64,000 bases of DNA, from the NCBI RefSeq assembly GCF_000143415.4, contig NW_003314274.1, forward strand, positions 1,177,563 to 1,241,562, written 5' to 3'. The notes beneath the pieces are model-generated. The model was not told the origin of the DNA. It searched no databases and saw only the letters and a list, made by a program, of their open reading frames with translations. Positions within the stretch are counted from its first letter, which is position 1; each line of letters begins with the position of its first letter. The translations under genes were made by a program, and so were the position numbers. Origin of the DNA: Selaginella moellendorffii (taxonomy: Eukaryota; Plantae; Lycopodiophyta). Shown here one piece after another: positions 37,901 through 49,643 of the stretch.

Positions 37901-38900
37901 TCTTGTGTATACATGTCCAACTAGAACATTGATGTGATAGATAGGATCATTTCAGAAGTATTTATTGATGCACTTCATCCATGCATATCAACAATGATTC
38001 CTGTCAATAATGTAGAACATTTTCCCCACAATTTGTTAAGTCTCAGGATGGCTCATAAGCATGTTATCAAATTCACGGGACTTCATTTTCCAAATGTCAT
38101 CCCAAACCCTCTCGATTTCTAGTGACACCAAGAGGGTGGTTGTCGTTCTTGGCTTGAAGACCGAAACAAGGAATATACCTATGTTTGTCCCAAGGCGATT
38201 ATATTTGTACAGACTATAGATGTCCATGTTGACAAAATGAGGTGAAGTAGACCGAACAATGCTTGTCTGAGTGAATTGACATAGTGGGATTTTTCAAATC
38301 ATATCTCCCACTTGAGAGACTCCAGAGTCGTGTGAATGGCCTTCTCTTTGGTTCTCAAAACTGTCTCTTGGAAGCTCTTGTCTACAATGTGTTCAGGTAG
38401 CTCCACTTCTTTTTCAGCTTTAACTACACCTTCAGTAGCACCATTATCAAATCTAGCCCCTAGCTCGGGCCCAACAGCCCCGTCAGGTGCACTTGGGCAC
38501 TACTCCGTAATGTAGCTAGTTTCTGCCATATTTTGCAAATATGTTAAGTGGCATTTGTGGTTGTGGCAACAATGGTAGTGATGACAATGGTTACAATGGT
38601 GTTGCTAGTGATGATGATGGTGGCGGTGGTGGTGGTAATAATGGCGATGACGCCGGTGGTGGTAATGGTGGTGATGACAGTGGTGGTAATGGTGGTGATG
38701 AAGGTAGAGGTGGCATCGATGGCGGTGGTGGCAAAAATGGGGGTGCATGTAGACTAGAGCTATCTGGTTGTGAAGACGGCAGAGTTGTTGCTGTGGAAAT
38801 CTCTATCTAAAGGTCAACTTAATTGTTGTCTTGGATCTCATCTTCCTTATGTCTTCTCTTTGATCCAACATCCTTCTTCTATTGTAGTTGTTTCCGTTTC
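34950..38900 (-). pseudogene. ParB/Srx-like plus beta-class DNA amino-methyltransferase-like gene, copy A (degenerate, multi-exon)
   Basis: WDDIWKMKSREFD, FYIIDRNHC (decayed IDGNHR), NFMLFNMPDG and AMHILLELYCPTRG/VVIDCTTGSGSMVEAA are collinear with the gene at 40983-44813; Pro/Ser-rich N-terminus; ends approximate. Confidence 0.8.
35744..35934 (+). mobile_element. Solo LTR of the Cassandra-like TRIM
   Basis: 191 bp, TATAAGCAACC...TTTACA, 5-bp TSD CATAC (35739-35743 / 35935-35939); contains the 5S-like segment. Confidence 0.9.
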
Positions 38901-38954
38901 TGAAAATAAAAAAAACTCAATATAAATTGAAAATGCATAAGAAGCAGGGACTTT

Positions 38955-39320
38955 GGGGCGGGGACTTGGCACGGGCATTAGTTCGCCAGTGAACCAGCCC
39001 ACCCCTAAGCACCTTGGTTGCCCCGCACGGAGTGCTTGGCCCAGGCACTTGGCGTGGGGACTTGGCGTGGGCGCCGGTTCACCAGCATACCAGCCTAAGC
39101 CAAGTGCCCAGCCCGGGCACTTGGACTTGGCACTTGGGGGCGGGCCAGTTTGCTGGCAAACTGGCCCACCCCCAAGCACCTTGGCCGGCCCGTGCCAAAT
39201 GCCTGGCAGGCACTTCACATGAAGACTTGGCACGGGCGCTAGTTCGCTGGCGTACTGGCCCCCGCCAAAGTGCTGTGGTCGGCCTGTGTGCCAAGTCCAA
39301 GTCGCAGAGTGCCCGGCCCG
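38955..39320. repeat. GC-rich array with four RGTTY-N6-RWACY palindromes and GGCACTTGG repeats
   Basis: Palindromes at 38978, 39074, 39142 and 39239, with a fifth at 39872; inferred consensus CCGGTTCGCCGGCGAACCGG. Confidence 0.75.
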
Positions 39321-39389
39321 ATGTGACACTTGATGTGACAAGTCAAATCAAAGCATCCTTGCTAGAAGTAATACCAGGAAATTGGTTGC

Positions 39390-39500
39390 AGTTTTGCGTA
39401 CATGGCCACGAGAGCGCTGGCAATGTCTTGGAGGCCGCACGATGCATCTCCTGACCCCATGCTATGCAGCTGCTAGCAGCGAGTGCAGAGACTCTGATCG
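39390..39500 (-). pseudogene. Possible captured PPR gene fragment
   Basis: SALAASSCIAWGQEMHRA followed by frameshifted IASALVAMYAK. Confidence 0.4.
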
Positions 39501-39994
39501 CGCAGAGCCAAAAAGAAGTTATTCACTACTAAGAAACTAAACCTGGTCTCTTAGTAATTCCATCTGGAATTGTTGACGAATGTCCGATCGGCAATCTAGT
39601 CCATGCGACTTGAGTATAACACAAAAGTAACTTAAAGCCTAATTGCTCAAATTGTTTAACACAATATTTTATACAACGAAATGCAATTATTTTTTACTCA
39701 AATAAAAGTGCAAATATTTTTGGGAAACCTTGGGTCGCTAAGATTGATTGTGTTCACATGATTTCTTCCGTCTTATGAAACTTGATCTCAAGTCCTTTAC
39801 GGAATTCAAGAGCACTATGTAGGGACCGGATTGCCCAGGCCGGAGATCCATGAGCCTTGGCCCAGTGGGCACCAGTTCGCCGGCAAACCAGCCCGCCCCT
39901 AAGCGCCAAGTCCAAGTGTTTGTACTAAATTACAATTGAAAATTGAGTTCAACTCATGAGATTAACTCTTCAGCTCGTAAGCTTAAGTATAGTC

Positions 39995-40345
39995 CACACT
40001 CCTTATATACTACATGCTTTTATAACCATTCTTAACTGCTTTATGCTTGTTTATGACAAACATTGCTTAAGTCGGATTGGATGCTTAAACTTAGGTGTAA
40101 CTCCATTTCGCCTAAACTTTTTTCTTTTGCTTTGCCTGGGATGATATATAAGTGATGAAGAGGTAAATGTTTTATCCTGTGTATCATTCCAAATAGAGCA
40201 AAAGATGAAAAATTAGGAGAAATGGAGTTACATCTAAACTTAGGCATCCAAAGAAGAAAAATTTGATTTAGGCAATGTTTGTTATAGATAAGCATGAAAT
40301 AGTTAGAAACGATTATAAAATCATATAATATATAAGTAACACTTA
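39995..40345. repeat. Foldback / MITE-like inverted repeat (~150-bp arms)
   Basis: ttatgcttgtttatgacaaacattgcttaagtc...taggtgtaactccatttc pairs with gaaatggagttacatcta...gatttaggcaatgtttgttatagataagcatgaa. Confidence 0.8.
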
Positions 40346-40982
40346 GAAGTGCTAGAAAACAACCCCCACTCACTATTATATGCATTTATATTGAATTAAC
40401 TATTTTTTCTTTTGCTTATGACTATTTATGCAAAATAGATTTGAAAGAGTGATATATGTTTATTCTTAATCACACCTTTAAGGTTTGAGGTTGAGTTCTC
40501 TTCTATTCTTTTCTCATTCTTCTTCTTCTTCTTCTTTTCTTTTTTATGTTTTTGTTTTTGTTTTTTTGTCACTATTTTTCAGGCAGGGGCAAGAACGCAA
40601 GTATAAGCAGAAAAAGCCTTACTCATTTTTGGTGACCATGGTGGGATAAACTATCACTCTTTGGCTTGAAAAATAACTAGAAGAAAATTGCTTGTAAAAT
40701 TCAACGTGCCTCAAATGGGGGCTGGGTAGTTTTTGAGCTGAGCTCAAGTCAAAGAAAGTCAATGAAAGTCAAAGGAAGTCAATACAATCCCCTAACTAGC
40801 GAAAGTTTAATGGCACTACCTTAGTTTGTCCCGAACCAAAAATTTTTAACATAAAATCTAGGTGTTTAAGGTATTCCATAAGCTCATGTAGATTATAGTT
40901 TCGACATGAACTAATCTTTTAGTCTACAAAAAAAGAAAATAATATATTAAACAATATAATTTATATTAAAATCAGAATATAT

Positions 40983-43900
40983 TCAATCTTCTTCTGCTTC
41001 CATATCCAGAAAAGTAGAAATGGGTATAGTGGAATGCTCCTTCACTATAGGCTCGTGTTGTATGTAATGTTGTGCCATACGTTCAGCATAAATAGGTAAG
41101 TGGAATTGACTTCGGTCCATATGATCATCCATATCATCAAGATCAAGCGTGTGGACTGAAACACTGTGTGTGATAAGTGTAGACCTAATAAAATAGAAAC
41201 ATTTGAAAAAATATTATAGATTATTTCAAGCACTAACATCACCTGTCGCAAAATCTCCTAAGAATGTCCTCAAAGGCACCCTCCTTCTCAAGTGCAAAAA
41301 CCGCTCGGCCTGTCTCTTTTGCTGCCTACACCATTGATCCAAATCCTGCTATAGCATCAAGCACAATCCCCTTTGGCGGACAGAATAACTCCAACAAGAT
41401 TTGCATGGCCGTGACCGAACGATGTCGATAACCAGGGAACGCTGGGTGAAGAATGTCCGAGTCAATCACATTTGGGATGATGTCTGTAGAGCTGTCATAT
41501 CCTGGTAAAGCAAGAGCAACACACTCATCAGCTCGTGTGGCATTACGCCGGTTCCCAATGTGGCATAGAGCATGGTAGTTCTAGGAATAAATCTGGAAAA
41601 AAAATAGAATAGAGTTAATTTATAAATAAGAAGTCACACACCTTTCGCGTCTGCCTGCTAGTGCCTTTTGTGTCCACTGCCATACTCGAAAGAAGGTAGC
41701 CAGATGAAAACTCAAGAAATCCATCATTGTTGTCAGCCAAGTGTGCGAGAAGGCCTTCCCACATTAGAGAGCAAGGAAGGATCATGACAACCACACCCTC
41801 GTATGTCATGAAGCTGCTCGCAACCTTTAAGGCTTGGGAAATGTGTTGGGCCTACAACACATTCCATGATGGAGTATCCCCCTGCGGTGGTGCCATCCCA
41901 TCGGGAAGATCGAAAAAGATGAAATCGATCTTCCCATAAGGTGTGAGCTGACCCAAACTATAGATCCACCAATCAAGCATGTAGAGCTCCCGACTAGTAG
42001 CATTTAAAAGCTATGTGTAATCCCCAATGAGAACAACAACTTCCCCAACACTGGCTGTTGGGGATAGAGGGCAAACTTGAAAATCAATTATTAAAACTAA
42101 AAGTTGGAGATAAAAGTCATGCTTAATAACCTGTTTATGCATCACTGTAGAGGAGAGCTCTTCTAGGTCGTTATCTGTAGCCGTAGGGAGGGATGGGAAG
42201 AATGTCTTAGTCTGCCGAAAAGACTGATAGCTGCTCTTTGCAACATCTATAAAAAAAAAAGTGAAGTCAAGAATGAATAAAAGAATGTTCCAAATCAAAG
42301 TCCTTACTCTCATGAAAAGCTTCATGATGGCCCCTTCGGGGGTTGCGTGGAGTAGGTACTGGAATCTCTTGTGCTGGAATTTCCTGTACAGTTTCCTCTG
42401 GTTCAACGGTATTTGGATTTGGCATTTCCTGAATGGTTTCCTGAGTGCTGACTCCTAGGTTTAGTTGTTGAACTTCAACAACGTCGTTATCATAGTCAGA
42501 AAGAGCCTCTGGAAAATAAGAATATAACTCAAGGTTAATATTTCCTAGCTAAGTGCTGAGTTTCAAGTGAACCTGGATGACATTCAAGGTAGAGATCTAG
42601 CTCGAAGTCCAATGTTGGCATCTGCTCCACGAGTTCAAGGTACCACGGGCATAGCTCCCTCTCATGTGTACAAGGATAGTAGAACTCTAGCTCATACATC
42701 CCAAGCTTCTTGCCTCTAGTTAGGAGCTTCTGCAAAACACCGGTTGTGTATACCGGTGCACCAGGGCAATATTTTAAATATCTACAAAGTAAAACAAAAA
42801 TATAAATACCAATATATAAATGAGAATTGAAAAAATACCTGTAAACCATGTGCCTGGTTGGTTCTTGAACTCAGCCGAACTCGTCCCACCACGTGGAAGC
42901 TAACCATTCCCTATCTCCGCAAGACAAGCACAAATATATTCTTCGAGAGTGATACCTGTGCGAGTGCTGGAAAGAAACTTCTCATCCCAGACTTGTAGCA
43001 TCTCCTCACCAGCGGCAATACTCTGAGAAATGTACGCCTTCTCCTTCATCACCTTCTCCATCCTTATCTCGTAGTGTTTTTCGTTGTTTCGTAGCCAAGT
43101 GTTGAGAAGTTCCAAGCAGACACTTTGTTCAGCAAAGGACATTTTACTTTTAGAGATGTTGTAAATGAGTTCCTCCGGTGCTTTACCAGTTCCTACATAC
43201 ACAAGGAGTTATGAAGTGTTTCACAAATTTTATAAGAACTTATGAACGCGACAACAAATCTCGGCAATGCTGTCAAGCCATTCCTGCCCGCGTCATATGT
43301 CTGCAATCAAGAGCAACTTTTTCACCTTTGTTCTCTTTGTATTCAAAATTCACTGCTCAATCGCGTGCCACTCCATCTCCTTCTGCTGCTCGTCCCCTCG
43401 GGCATTTTTAAAGAATGACGCTCTTTCTCCTTTGATTATGGGCTGCAAGAAACATTATGTAAGTCGATACATACTTCAATACTAATTTACCTTCACCCAG
43501 ACAGCAACTAGAAAATCAAGTGGCAGTTGGTACCAAGTCTGCAATTCTTGGCCTTTCCTAGCTGCTAGCTTCACTCGAATTGCTTCAAATACCTCATGAT
43601 TGCACAATGTTTGGACCTCCTCTAGCGAGAGCATGCCAATAAACTAAAGGTGCTCAATGTCATGTACCAATGTATGAGCTTGAAACGCAAATTGGTTTAG
43701 CCTGCAAAAACACGATATTAGCTAAGTTTACAAAAAATAAATTCTTACATGTTCATCTTATGGCATGCCATGTTGAGCTTCACAGTATGCTCCCGAGTCA
43801 TTGGTTCGACAAGCGTGACTAGGAACACTAATTTGTCATTCTTCGTCATCTCGAAACTTCTCTTGAATGCATTTCCAAAATGCCAGCCACCTATGGTTTC

Positions 43901-44813
43901 CATCGATCACCCAAAAGAGCTTTCCAATGAACCCTACTGTCTCCACATGTTGTCCTAAGAATCCATCAAACTCACGAGACTTTCGCAGCCATATAGAATC
44001 CCATTTTTCCTCAAGTTCAGTAGTCACTAACTCTGTCCAGCTGGTTCCAGGGAAAGTTGGTGATGAAGGTACTAGCTGTGCTCCCAAACCCGACCTCGGC
44101 AAAGGAGCTATAGATAGCCATGTTGAAGTCGTAAGCTGAGCGCACCCAATGGCTTTGAACCAATCGGCACAAAGGAACTAGAAATCGATGAGGGCCATTC
44201 CACGCTATTTTCTGTAACACTTTACTGACTGTCCGTTCTTGAGCTTGGATAATCATGTCCCGAACACGATCATTCAAGATGGTGTCAGAATCATGCATGC
44301 AGAATCCCTCACCACCACTAGCTCCCCCTGCACCACCAGCCTGAGGAGCAGTAGGAGCAGCTACCATGCCCCCAGTAGCCTCTATAGTAGATCCACCTAC
44401 AACGCTACCAATAACATCCTCAACTGGTTCATCAACCTGGCCATGAGCAACCTCAGCAACCGAAGGCACAGCACCCCCACCACTGCCAACATCAGATGCA
44501 AATACCCCACCACCAGTACCCGCAGCCTCAAGAGCACCAGTACCAACAGCCTCAATAACACCAACATTGATTTGAGTGTTCATCTCAACATCCACATCAT
44601 TGTTATGCTCATCGTTGCCTCCAGCATGACTAGCCAAAACTTCATTGGATACTTGAGATGAATCTCCACTCAATTGACCAAGCCCACAATGATCAAGGCA
44701 GCTGCCTTTTCCGGGAGATCGAGACCATTGAGGTTAGCCTCGGCGCTTCCTCTAAAATAAAAAGCAAAACTATTATAACATCTAACTTGTAATGTAAAGC
44801 AAACCTGTGGCAT
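40983..44813 (-). pseudogene. ParB/Srx-like plus beta-class DNA amino-methyltransferase-like fusion gene, copy B (multi-exon, several nonsense codons)
   Basis: ParB-like FWVIDGNHRWLAF (~43890); motif IV-like GKIDFIFFDLPDG (~41900-41935); motif X-I-like HRSVTAMQILLELFCPPKGIVLDAIAGFGSMV*AAKETGRAVFALE (~41285-41425); GT-AG introns; probable ATG at 44813. Confidence 0.85.
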
Positions 44814-44960
44814 TTTAAGTTCAAGTCCCTTGTTGGAAGTTTCAGGCAGTCAAGCTTGATTTATATCTACTCTCACAAGAAAAGTTTGTAAGTAAAAGAT
44901 GTGAAAAATAGATTGTAAACTACAAGAAATGCAAAGGAAAAAAACATAAGTCACTGGAAA

Positions 44961-45486
44961 AGGTTGGTTCACATGAGAACTGACCTCACCTTACCTCTCA
45001 AGAAAAAGGAAAAACACAACAAGAATACGGGAGAGGTCGGTTCGCGCAAGAACTGACATCTTCCACCCTCTAATTTTCACATGAAATACCCCATCAAGTC
45101 AATGAAATAAAAAAAAAACCTTGAAGATGTTGGTTCGCACAAGAACTGACATTTCAATCTCTCTCTGTTTTCTAAAATATAGAAATCTCACCACTAGAAA
45201 CATGAAAAAAATTAAGAAAGCTCGCTTCTAGAAAAAATGAAGGTGGGGAGACGTCGGTTCGCGCGTGAACCAATCTTTCCCACCCCTTCAACAAGGAAAA
45301 AAAATAAAAAAACGAGGTAGAGATGGGCAAAAAGCTAAACAGAAAATGAAATAGAATGCTAGGAGATGTCGGTTCGCACAAGAACCGACATCTCTATCCC
45401 TCAAGAGAAAACAAAAGTTGAGAAAATAAAAACTTTTAATGGAAGAAAGAAAGTGAGGAGACATTAGTTCGCGCGCGAACCGACCT
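44961..45486. promoter_or_regulatory. Array of six 26-bp palindromes (AGGTCGGTTC-N6-GAACCGACCT consensus) separated by unique A-rich spacers
   Basis: Copies start at 44961, 45034, 45127, 45251, 45366 and 45461; the 45363-45394 copy has perfect 13-bp arms. Confidence 0.85.
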
Positions 45487-45702
45487 TCTCAAGGAAGCAT
45501 ACCTTGTTTGAGGAGCGTCTTGAAGCGCATTGCTAGGTTGAAGCGCCTTTCTCTCACCCTTCCCTGCTCAAATGCGCATTCTTTGCTGCTCAAACCCTAG
45601 GCGTAAAACCCTAAAAATCAACGATCAACAGTCACAATCAATGGTCATGATTTTTATTCTCTTTGATGGTGATCAATAAACACAATCATTCAATGCTTTA
45701 GA

Positions 45703-46101
45703 TATTAAGATATGTATAATTGATCGTGAGAGGAATAATATTGTTGAAATGAATGTGGTTATGAGTGATAAGCGTCAGTCAATCACAAAAGTTGTAGCAT
45801 TGATTGTTTAAAAACCGCACACGAACCAACCTTTTCGAGCTTGAGTCTCTCACTCGTCACAAAAGAATAAAACTCTCTTGAAGGGAAGAGAGCATGGAGA
45901 TGAGAGGGAGAACAAAAAATCAATGCTACAACTTTTGTGANNNNNNNNNNNNNNNNNNNNNNNNNNNNNNNNNNNNNNNNNNNNNNNNNNNNNNNNNNNN
46001 NNNNNNNNNNNNNNNNNNNNNNNNNNNNNNNNNNNNNNNNTCATAACCACATTCATTTCAACAATATGATTCTTTTCACAATCAATTATACAATTAATAT
46101 A
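45703..46101. repeat. Foldback / MITE-like insertion spanning the assembly gap
   Basis: tattgttgaaatgaatgtggttatga (~45739) pairs with tcataaccacattcatttcaacaata (46041); inner pair tcacaaaagttgtagcattgatt / aatcaatgctacaacttttgtga. Confidence 0.7.
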
Positions 46102-46284
46102 GGTGGCTCTTTAAGATTCTCATATCTCTCTAGATTCTAAATGGTTGTATATTTTGTTAAAATAATTAACTTGTCCTTTGCAAGGACATAGCTAATTAAT
46201 GCTCACAATACAGAAGAATATCTTTGTTCTTTCTTGTCAATTTCTCCCCAAATTTTTTTCTAAGTGCTCGAGCAAGGAGAAGAT

Positions 46285-49200
46285 ATGAGAGAATTCTATT
46301 TGAAGTTCGATCAAAAGCCTCCAATTGTTTTCTCTAAGAGTGTTATAGGAGAGAGCTTCCTCTGCAAAAGATTCAAGCTGAAGCCAAGATCAATTAGTTT
46401 GGAGAATGTATGTCATGATAAGGGTAATTAGATAGAAAAATCCATTCTTCTCGATAGTGGTGTAGGAGAGAATAGGATTCAATGGGATCTTGATAGATGT
46501 ACAGGTCAAGAGATTCTAGTTATAGGATCTCTGAAGCCAGGAGAGGAGAGCACATCAGTTTCACAGCCAACTGTGCAAGGAGTGAAGGATGAAGTTGTTA
46601 TTCTTTCCAATGACGAAAATGAAGAAGATGAGCTTCCTGACATAGCTTCCCAGACAAGTAGGTGTGTTCCTTCTAGACCAGTTTTTGAAGTGGTGGATAA
46701 GACATTTCGGCAATCTCGATCATTACGGTTGGAATTGAAGGAGTTCCAGTACATGAGAGGTGAGGAGCTTCCTTCTTCCTATAATGGGAATATATTCTTC
46801 AAGTTTCCACCAGCAAGTTCGTCAAGTAGGAAAATGGGTATAGAGACGCATCTTGATCCACATAATTGATGTAGAGTAAAGACGACCCACTTCTCTCATT
46901 TCGATGGATCTGTGTCCATAGTTCATTGTGGTGGATAGCTTCAGTGTGTCGCTGAGAAATGCATTTCTGATCATGGCAAGAATATGTGTTTCTTTGAAGG
47001 CTCAGCGATCAATCCCCCTAGGCGTGATGATGTTGCTATAGGATTTAGATGTTGCAAATGCAGGGCAACACCTGTGTGTCAAGCATGTTGCAATGCGAAA
47101 ATGTATTATTTTCTTCCACGGGATGGATGTTTAGGCAGAGCAACAGTGCATGTTGGATACCACTAACACTCAATTGAGGAAGGAATCCGCCATGATTCTT
47201 TTCACAATTTGAAGACTGCTGTTACTACAGAGGCTGGGAAGAAAAGTGCAGCAACTCCAAAGTGTGTTCAACAGTCTGTACTAAAGGACTATGTGGTGGA
47301 CATGTTGCTACAATCTGATAGCAAAAAAGAGTTCATGGAGAATAGCTTGAAGGACCTACTTCAAAATATAGAACCTATGACAAATTTAAATAGGTATAAA
47401 ATTAACACTTAACTCTACTTTATCACTAATAACACTCTTTTTTTTGGTAGAATAAAGAACTGGATGCGAGAAGGGCGAGATGGAAAGCTTTAATTTGGAT
47501 TGGATGGGATTTTGGAGTTAAAAAGAAAATGTCCTTATGAGTTTATTCATGGGAACTTATTCGTTAGCAAAGTGACTTCGAACAATCAACACCCTTTTAT
47601 CTTTAAGATGTCTACCCTTGGTTCTGCTTCTGGTGTGGACCTTGTACAACAAATGGATATGGATGGAGATGGGGATTTGGCTAATTCCTGGATTCATTTT
47701 GACCATATGGAATGAGTTTCAGGCTGGTCAACAATGGGAGCTCATGTTTATGATCACAAATAAGTGGCTTTTCATTTTTTAAGGATCCATACCGATTTAT
47801 ATTATAACTATTCCTTTTATAGGTTGCAGTGCAATTTGACTATAGCTATAGCCGAATTCAAGGTTCAAGATTTTCAAGCACAAACCGTCTTTTGGACATG
47901 TATGTCCGAGGTTGTTGAACAGCGAACCGGGAAGAAACCCAACTTCCGTGGTTTCATAGTAGATGCAGCTGGTGCTAACTGGTTGGCTGTACGACAAGTA
48001 TTCGGAGGTGATAAAAGTTAGCTATTACAAGGTAGAGAGAAGAGTTGTGAGTTTCATTGGGCAAAGAGCGTCAATGAACATTGCCGATGCATCAAGTCTA
48101 CCTTCCATCATGAGTTCAAGCAGCTTTGTCGGGAATGGATGGATGCACCAACTAAAGAGGAACACGAGGCAAAGGCAAATGAAATGCTCATATGGTGGCA
48201 TGAAGGAGATAAAGTGCCAATTGAAAACCTTCCATAAATGGAATGCTGGCTTGCATGATGGGAAGTTCGAATGTTTCAGTGGGGTCATTATACTCTCCAT
48301 GTAAGCTTTCTCTCATTTTTTTCTTGTCACATTCAAATGCTGCATTTTTTGTACGATCAACCACTTGATGATATTGCACTTACACTAACAATTAATCTCT
48401 CTGAGAGCAAACATTGGAGTTGGAGAGCTTCCGAAGCAGGGAAAGGAAAAATGTCCCTCTATGAAGTTACACTCTCCGACCTCACTAGATCTCTTGTGTA
48501 GTCATCAAAAGCTTTGGCTGCACAAGAAGCAAGGTTTGCTGGTACAGGTCCGAACTTAGACAAGCTTCGAGAGCGGGTTAGTAGAAGGACAACACCAATA
48601 GCAGGGTCAATGTCTAAGATGGTGGAGGAAGTTGTTGCTGGAACTCCTATGAAATCAAGTTATGAACCACTTGAGGACATGAGAACAGCCCATATGAAGC
48701 GTCGACAGACATTTGATGGGTCAAACATCACTCCTTCTAGCTCTCATCGTCCAGATTTTGACTACCATTCTGTTCCACGACACCAGAAAAGAACTAAGGA
48801 ATATGGAGTGGAGGAGGTGCCAGTTGTTACACAAGTAAGTCCAGTGCCAGAGGTTGAAAAGGTTATTTCTCGTGAGCCAGTTTCTCATATCAACTGGGCA
48901 ATTCAAAGAGTCAGTGCCAAGAGCAATGCACGTTGCTCTGGAATGATTGGGAGTCGAGGTCAGTGTCTTGCTTTTGTGTGCTCAGGTTCAAATTCTTCAG
49001 CAATGCCATGTTTCTAGGGCTGTCGAGATCTAGGAGTGAAGGGCCGCCAGTCAAGTTGGATTTACTGTTGTGGGACTGATGTCATACAAGCCAGATCCAC
49101 AGCTTAATTATTTTGAAGCCAGATTCTGTGCCAGAGGAGTGGCCAGTTGAGCAAAGCTGCAATCTTTTGAAAGAAGAGATTGAAAGTCTGGAGAGAGTAG

Positions 49201-49643
49201 GTTTCAAGCTAAAGACTTCCTCAAATGTTGCTGTTAGTATTGCTATGCCACTAATATCAACACTAGACCGGCATACACGACCAGCTAGGAATGGGAAGGC
49301 TGTACAATACAGGTCTTCCATTTCAAAAGGTGCACAAGAGAAGATCAAGCTGGCAAAAGAGCTAAAGTGCACAATCACAAAGACAAACTACATTAGTGCT
49401 ATGGCTAAGGAGTTTATTATTGTGACTGAGTCATCAAAGGGTATGAGCTACACTGTTAAAATCTGCAAAAATCCATCCTGTACCTGTCCAGATTTTACAC
49501 AGCGGGAGAACAGGGGAAAGGTATATTTAGCCTGCAAGCACATCTATTACATTTTTATGCAGGAACTAAACCAAGATCCTAAGATTGACCATCACATCCA
49601 CCAAGAAAGCCTTACAATTGCGGAGCTTGAGAAGTGTTTTTAG
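46285..49643 (+). pseudogene. Mutator-like transposase: Cys/His-rich (GCM/WRKY-like) N-domain, DDE core, C-terminal SWIM finger; disrupted
   Basis: WIHFDH, FRGFIVDAAGAN, SCEFHW and NLSESKH; SWIM YTVKICKNPSCTCPDF...ACKHIYYIF; introns near 47393, 47761 and 48301; multiple stops. Confidence 0.85.

Larger units (their letters stand above)
34039..40624. mobile_element. TIR DNA element (probably non-autonomous Mutator-like) with ~130-bp TIRs, carrying a ParB-MTase-like paralog
   Basis: GAGTAAAGCTTTTTCTGCATATACTTG...GAGAACTCAAC (34039-34168) is an imperfect inverted repeat of ~40490-40624; no TSD and no transposase recognised. Confidence 0.7.

Noticed and set aside
38541-38810. Gly/Asp-rich or Val/Met-rich plus-strand proteins
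   Set aside because: These are shadow frames of the Pro/Ser-rich N-terminal region of the minus-strand ParB-MTase copy A.
44961-45486. CRISPR array
   Set aside because: The repeats are palindromic and spaced, but they are degenerate, the spacers vary from ~47 to ~98 bp and are A-rich, there are no cas genes, and the context is a eukaryotic transposon.
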